From the IMG/VR virus record IMGVR_UViG_2541047825_000014: a DNA stretch of 10,585 nt. One strand, written 5' to 3'. Numbering within the stretch: position 1 is the stretch's first letter; the number at the start of each line of letters is the position of its first letter. The position numbers and the translations under genes were made by a program. The DNA comes from a virus (lineage: Duplodnaviria; Heunggongvirae; Uroviricota; Caudoviricetes). This document shows positions 7,990 to 10,585 of this stretch, one piece after another. Below the pieces are notes generated by a model. That model had not been told where the DNA came from. It saw only the letters and a program-made list of their open reading frames with translations, and did no database searches.

Positions 7990-9083
7990 GAGGTCTTATT
8001 TCTGCTCCTTTGGAGCTCTTCAAAACGATTATGTAAAGATTTCGGATACAGTTCGGTATATACCTGCCATAGCACGTTTAATGAACGATGCCCTGTAACC
8101 TGAGCGACTTCCTCAATACTAAAACCAGCCTCAAATAAGCGACTTGCCCCTTCTCTACGCAAATCATGGTATCGCAGATCTTTAATACCTAATTTGCTTC
8201 TTACCCTCTGAAATCCTGCAGTAACAGAAGTGCTGTTATATGGAAAAATGAATTCCGATTTTTTGGGCTGTCGTTGGACGATATCCCAGGCTTCCCCAAG
8301 CAAGGCTACTTTCATGTGGTTGCCTTCCTTTTTGCGTGGATCTTTCCTGTCTCTTACGAGTATAGATTTTTGTTCCTGGTCGAGATCTTCCCATCGTAAC
8401 CGGCATACTTCTCCGATCCGCATACAGGACCACACAGAAAATTTGAGGATATCAACGAACGGAATTTTTGAGCATTTATGAGTAGATCGTTGTTGAAGGC
8501 CTTCAATGAGCATGTCCAGTTCATCAGATGCTGGTCTACGATTACGACGGTTTGATTTACCAATCAAACCAAGTTTAAGTAGATATGGGCGAGCGCTTTT
8601 CGCCGGGTTTGATGTGTAATTAATTCCGTATACAGGTTTGGCCGCATCCAGAACACTGCCAAGATAACTAACATCGTGGCTGACTGTTGCTGGACCTGCA
8701 CCAGCGTTGTTTCTTAGCCTGCAATGTTCAATTACGTCATTTTCTGTCAGTTCAGATAGTTTGATCGCGGAGATGTCACTATCCATAAGCAGTTCCAGCA
8801 CATATCTTTTAGTACGGCCTGCTTTACCTCCGGCATTTGGGTCATTTAAATATTTGTGTAGTAAGTCACGGACTGTAAGTCCGTCAACTGCATTTGATGA
8901 TGGAATGCCATATAGATCTAATTCCATCACTTTCTGTGTTCCCCATGTTTTGGCATGAGCATGTTTAGGGAATGTTTTGCTTTCCCTGTAAGTGATAACA
9001 CCTTTTTCTTTGATAATCACATTACAGCGATAGCGTGGTGTGCCATCGGATTTTAGTCGTTTCTCTATGTTATAGTACGCCAT
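7986..9083 (-). CDS. int: Phage integrase, tyrosine site-specific recombinase family
   Basis: 365-aa ORF. The C-terminal catalytic region carries R...HxxR...Y hallmarks (RYHDLRREGASRLFEAG...VTGHRSLNVLWQVYTEL). It diverges from dusA with an 88-bp intergenic spacer. Confidence 0.93.
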   Translation of the reverse strand: MAYYNIEKRLKSDGTPRYRCNVIIKEKGVITYRESKTFPKHAHAKTWGTQKVMELDLYGIPSSNAVDGLTVRDLLHKYLNDPNAGGKAGRTKRYVLELLMDSDISAIKLSELTENDVIEHCRLRNNAGAGPATVSHDVSYLGSVLDAAKPVYGINYTSNPAKSARPYLLKLGLIGKSNRRNRRPASDELDMLIEGLQQRSTHKCSKIPFVDILKFSVWSCMRIGEVCRLRWEDLDQEQKSILVRDRKDPRKKEGNHMKVALLGEAWDIVQRQPKKSEFIFPYNSTSVTAGFQRVRSKLGIKDLRYHDLRREGASRLFEAGFSIEEVAQVTGHRSLNVLWQVYTELYPKSLHNRFEELQRSRNKTS

Positions 9084-9101
9084 TACACGACCTCGTTATT
9101 T

Positions 9102-9139
9102 CGGGTTCCCATAAAACGTGGGAACCTGTGCGGGAACCT
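9102..9139. repeat. Three copies of a GGGAACC/GGGTTCCC heptamer (one inverted, two direct) in the int-dusA intergenic region; candidate integrase or regulator binding sites or att-associated repeats
   Basis: cGGGTTCCCataaaacgtGGGAACCtgtgcGGGAACCtaacg read directly from the sequence. Confidence 0.4.
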
Positions 9140-9171
9140 AACGCGAGAAAAATAGCCTGAAATGTTCAAAA

Positions 9172-10209
9172 ATGCACGATAATCATGAAACACAAAAAAT
9201 TAATCAAACCAGCGTGATGCCTGAAAAAACTGGTGTTTACTGGAATTCTCGGTTTAGCATTGCTCCTATGCTTGACTGGACGGACAGACATTGCCGTTAT
9301 TTCTTGCGTCTGCTTTCCCGCAATACGTTGTTGTATACCGAAATGGTGACCACAGGGGCGATTATTCACGGTAAAGGTGATTACCTGGCGTACAGTGAAG
9401 AAGAACATCCGGTAGCGTTGCAACTCGGGGGTAGCGATCCGGCGGCGCTGGCACAGTGTGCGAAGCTGGCAGAAGCGCGTGGATATGATGAGATCAACCT
9501 GAATGTCGGCTGCCCGTCTGACCGGGTGCAGAACGGCATGTTTGGTGCGTGTCTGATGGGTAATGCGCAGCTGGTTGCCGACTGCGTGAAAGCGATGCGC
9601 GATGTGGTGTCGATTCCGGTGACGGTGAAAACGCGTATTGGCATCGATGATCAGGACAGCTATGAATTTCTCTGCGATTTCATCAACACCGTTTCCGGCA
9701 AAGGTGAGTGTGAGATGTTCATCATCCACGCACGTAAAGCCTGGCTTTCTGGGTTAAGTCCGAAAGAAAACCGTGAGATCCCGCCTCTCGATTATCCGCG
9801 TGTGTATCAACTGAAGCGTGACTTTCCGCATCTGACGATGTCGATTAACGGTGGTATCAAGTCGCTGGAAGAAGCTAAAGCGCATTTGCAACATATGGAT
9901 GGCGTGATGGTCGGGCGCGAGGCGTATCAGAATCCGGGTATTCTGGCGGCGGTAGACCGAGAGATTTTTGGTTCCTCGGATACCGATGCCGATCCGGTGG
10001 CGGTAGTGCGCGCCATGTATCCGTACATTGAGCGTGAACTCAGCCAGGGTACGTATCTCGGCCATATTACCCGGCATATGCTGGGCTTGTTCCAGGGTAT
10101 TCCTGGCGCGCGGCAGTGGCGGCGTTATTTAAGTGAAAATGCCCATAAAGCGGGTGCAGACATTAATGTGCTGGAACACGCGCTCAAACTGGTGGCGGAT
10201 AAGCGTTAA
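9172..10209 (+). CDS. dusA: tRNA-dihydrouridine synthase A (DusA)
   Basis: 345-aa ORF with a Dus-family TIM-barrel signature ([17 protein letters not shown]...NLNVGCPS...). The exact start is uncertain: the ATG at 9172 has no clear ribosome-binding site, and an in-frame alternative lies at 9217. The first ~150 nt are notably AT-rich compared with the rest of the gene. Confidence 0.9.
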   Translation: MHDNHETQKINQTSVMPEKTGVYWNSRFSIAPMLDWTDRHCRYFLRLLSRNTLLYTEMVTTGAIIHGKGDYLAYSEEEHPVALQLGGSDPAALAQCAKLAEARGYDEINLNVGCPSDRVQNGMFGACLMGNAQLVADCVKAMRDVVSIPVTVKTRIGIDDQDSYEFLCDFINTVSGKGECEMFIIHARKAWLSGLSPKENREIPPLDYPRVYQLKRDFPHLTMSINGGIKSLEEAKAHLQHMDGVMVGREAYQNPGILAAVDREIFGSSDTDADPVAVVRAMYPYIERELSQGTYLGHITRHMLGLFQGIPGARQWRRYLSENAHKAGADINVLEHALKLVADKR

Positions 10210-10238
10210 CTTTTCACCAAAAAGTAGTCAAATTCACC

Positions 10239-10268
10239 ACGCCCTGCGCACCGTCGCGGGGCGTTTTG
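10239..10268 (+). terminator. Rho-independent terminator downstream of dusA
   Basis: ACGCCCTGCG (10239-10248), loop CACCGT, CGCGGGGCGT (10255-10264) giving a 10-bp stem with one U-G wobble, followed by TTTTGCT. Confidence 0.55.
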
Positions 10269-10290
10269 CTGTTAAATCAATAGATTATTT

Positions 10291-10307
10291 TTGGCATGAT
10301 TCTTGTA
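10291..10307 (+). promoter_or_regulatory. Sigma54 (-24/-12) type promoter upstream of pspG
   Basis: TTGGCATGATTCTTGTA fits the TGGCAC-N5-TTGCW pattern (GG at 10293-10294; TTGT at 10303-10306), about 35 nt upstream of the pspG ATG. pspG is known to be sigma54/PspF dependent. Two TTCACCA direct repeats (10213-10219, 10233-10239) lie upstream. Confidence 0.5.
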
Positions 10308-10342
10308 ATGCCAGCAAGAGATTTCATATTTGGGAGAGCATC

Positions 10343-10585
10343 ATGCTGGAACTACTTTTTGTAATTGGCTTTTTTGTCATGCTGATGGTCACCGGTGTTT
10401 CGTTGCTGGGTATTATCGCCGCGCTGATTGTGGCGACGGCCTTTATGTTCCTCGGCGGTATGCTGGCATTGATGATTAAGTTGCTGCCGTGGCTGCTGTT
10501 GGCGGTTGCGGTGGTGTGGGTGATCAGGGCGATTAAAGCACCAAAAGTGCCGAAATATCAGCGTTATGACCGCTGGCGTTACTAA
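10343..10585 (+). CDS. pspG: Phage shock protein G (PspG), small inner-membrane protein
   Basis: 80-aa product MLELLFVIGFFVMLMVTGVSLLGIIAAL...KYQRYDRWRY. Ribosome-binding site GGGAGAG at 10332-10338. The longer ORF-track start at 10133 is an in-frame upstream extension across the promoter and is not credible. Confidence 0.9.
   Translation: MLELLFVIGFFVMLMVTGVSLLGIIAALIVATAFMFLGGMLALMIKLLPWLLLAVAVVWVIRAIKAPKVPKYQRYDRWRY

Larger units (their letters stand above)
1..9171. mobile_element. Right arm of a lambdoid prophage (partial; continues beyond the window start). The right boundary (att site) is not resolved and lies between the integrase start and the 5' part of dusA.
   Basis: Contiguous I-J-lom-stf tail module, DinI-like gene and tyrosine integrase, followed directly by the chromosomal housekeeping genes dusA and pspG. 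Composition is mosaic, with AT-rich blocks at about 3180-3500 and 5700-7560. Confidence 0.8.

Noticed and set aside
9084-9171. Possible tRNA gene as integration target between int and dusA
   Set aside because: The interval is only 88 bp and shows no cloverleaf-compatible structure. Integration into the dusA 5' end explains the junction without a tRNA.
9166-10077. Minus-strand ORFs (187, 87 and 107 aa) overlapping dusA
   Set aside because: Antisense to a clearly conserved housekeeping gene, with no independent coding evidence.
10133-10342. 150-aa extended ORF ending in pspG
   Set aside because: The extension runs through the dusA terminator and the pspG promoter. The conserved 80-aa PspG begins at the ATG at 10343, which has a good ribosome-binding site.
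1-10585. CRISPR array or other large tandem repeats
   Set aside because: No regularly spaced direct repeats of 25-40 bp were seen. The only repetitive region is the coding low-complexity stf shaft.

Overview
This window is the right-hand end of a lambda-like (lambdoid) prophage and its junction with the E. coli-type chromosomal dusA-pspG locus. Reading left to right on the + strand: tail assembly gene I (1-648), host-specificity/tail-tip gene J (709-4188), the lysogenic-conversion outer-membrane gene lom (4256-4855), and a mosaic side tail fiber gene stf (4920-6983). The stf gene has a conserved N-terminus, an Ala-rich repetitive shaft and an AT-rich, apparently foreign C-terminal domain. Two small tightly packed ORFs of unknown function follow (6980-7258; 7271-7558, a predicted membrane protein). 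On the - strand sit a DinI-family gene (7676-7924) behind a promoter carrying two tandem LexA boxes, and a tyrosine integrase (7986-9083) diverging from dusA (9172-10209). The window ends with pspG (10343-10585) and its sigma54-type promoter. The most interesting unexplained part is the AT-rich cassette at about 5700-7560 (stf C-terminal domain plus the two small ORFs), a candidate receptor-binding, chaperone or superinfection-exclusion moron module. Also notable are the SOS-controlled dinI-like gene, the integration junction at the 5' end of dusA, and the placement of int next to the tail fiber genes, which differs from lambda's prophage order. All calls rest on reading the supplied translations and the sequence; no database search was possible.
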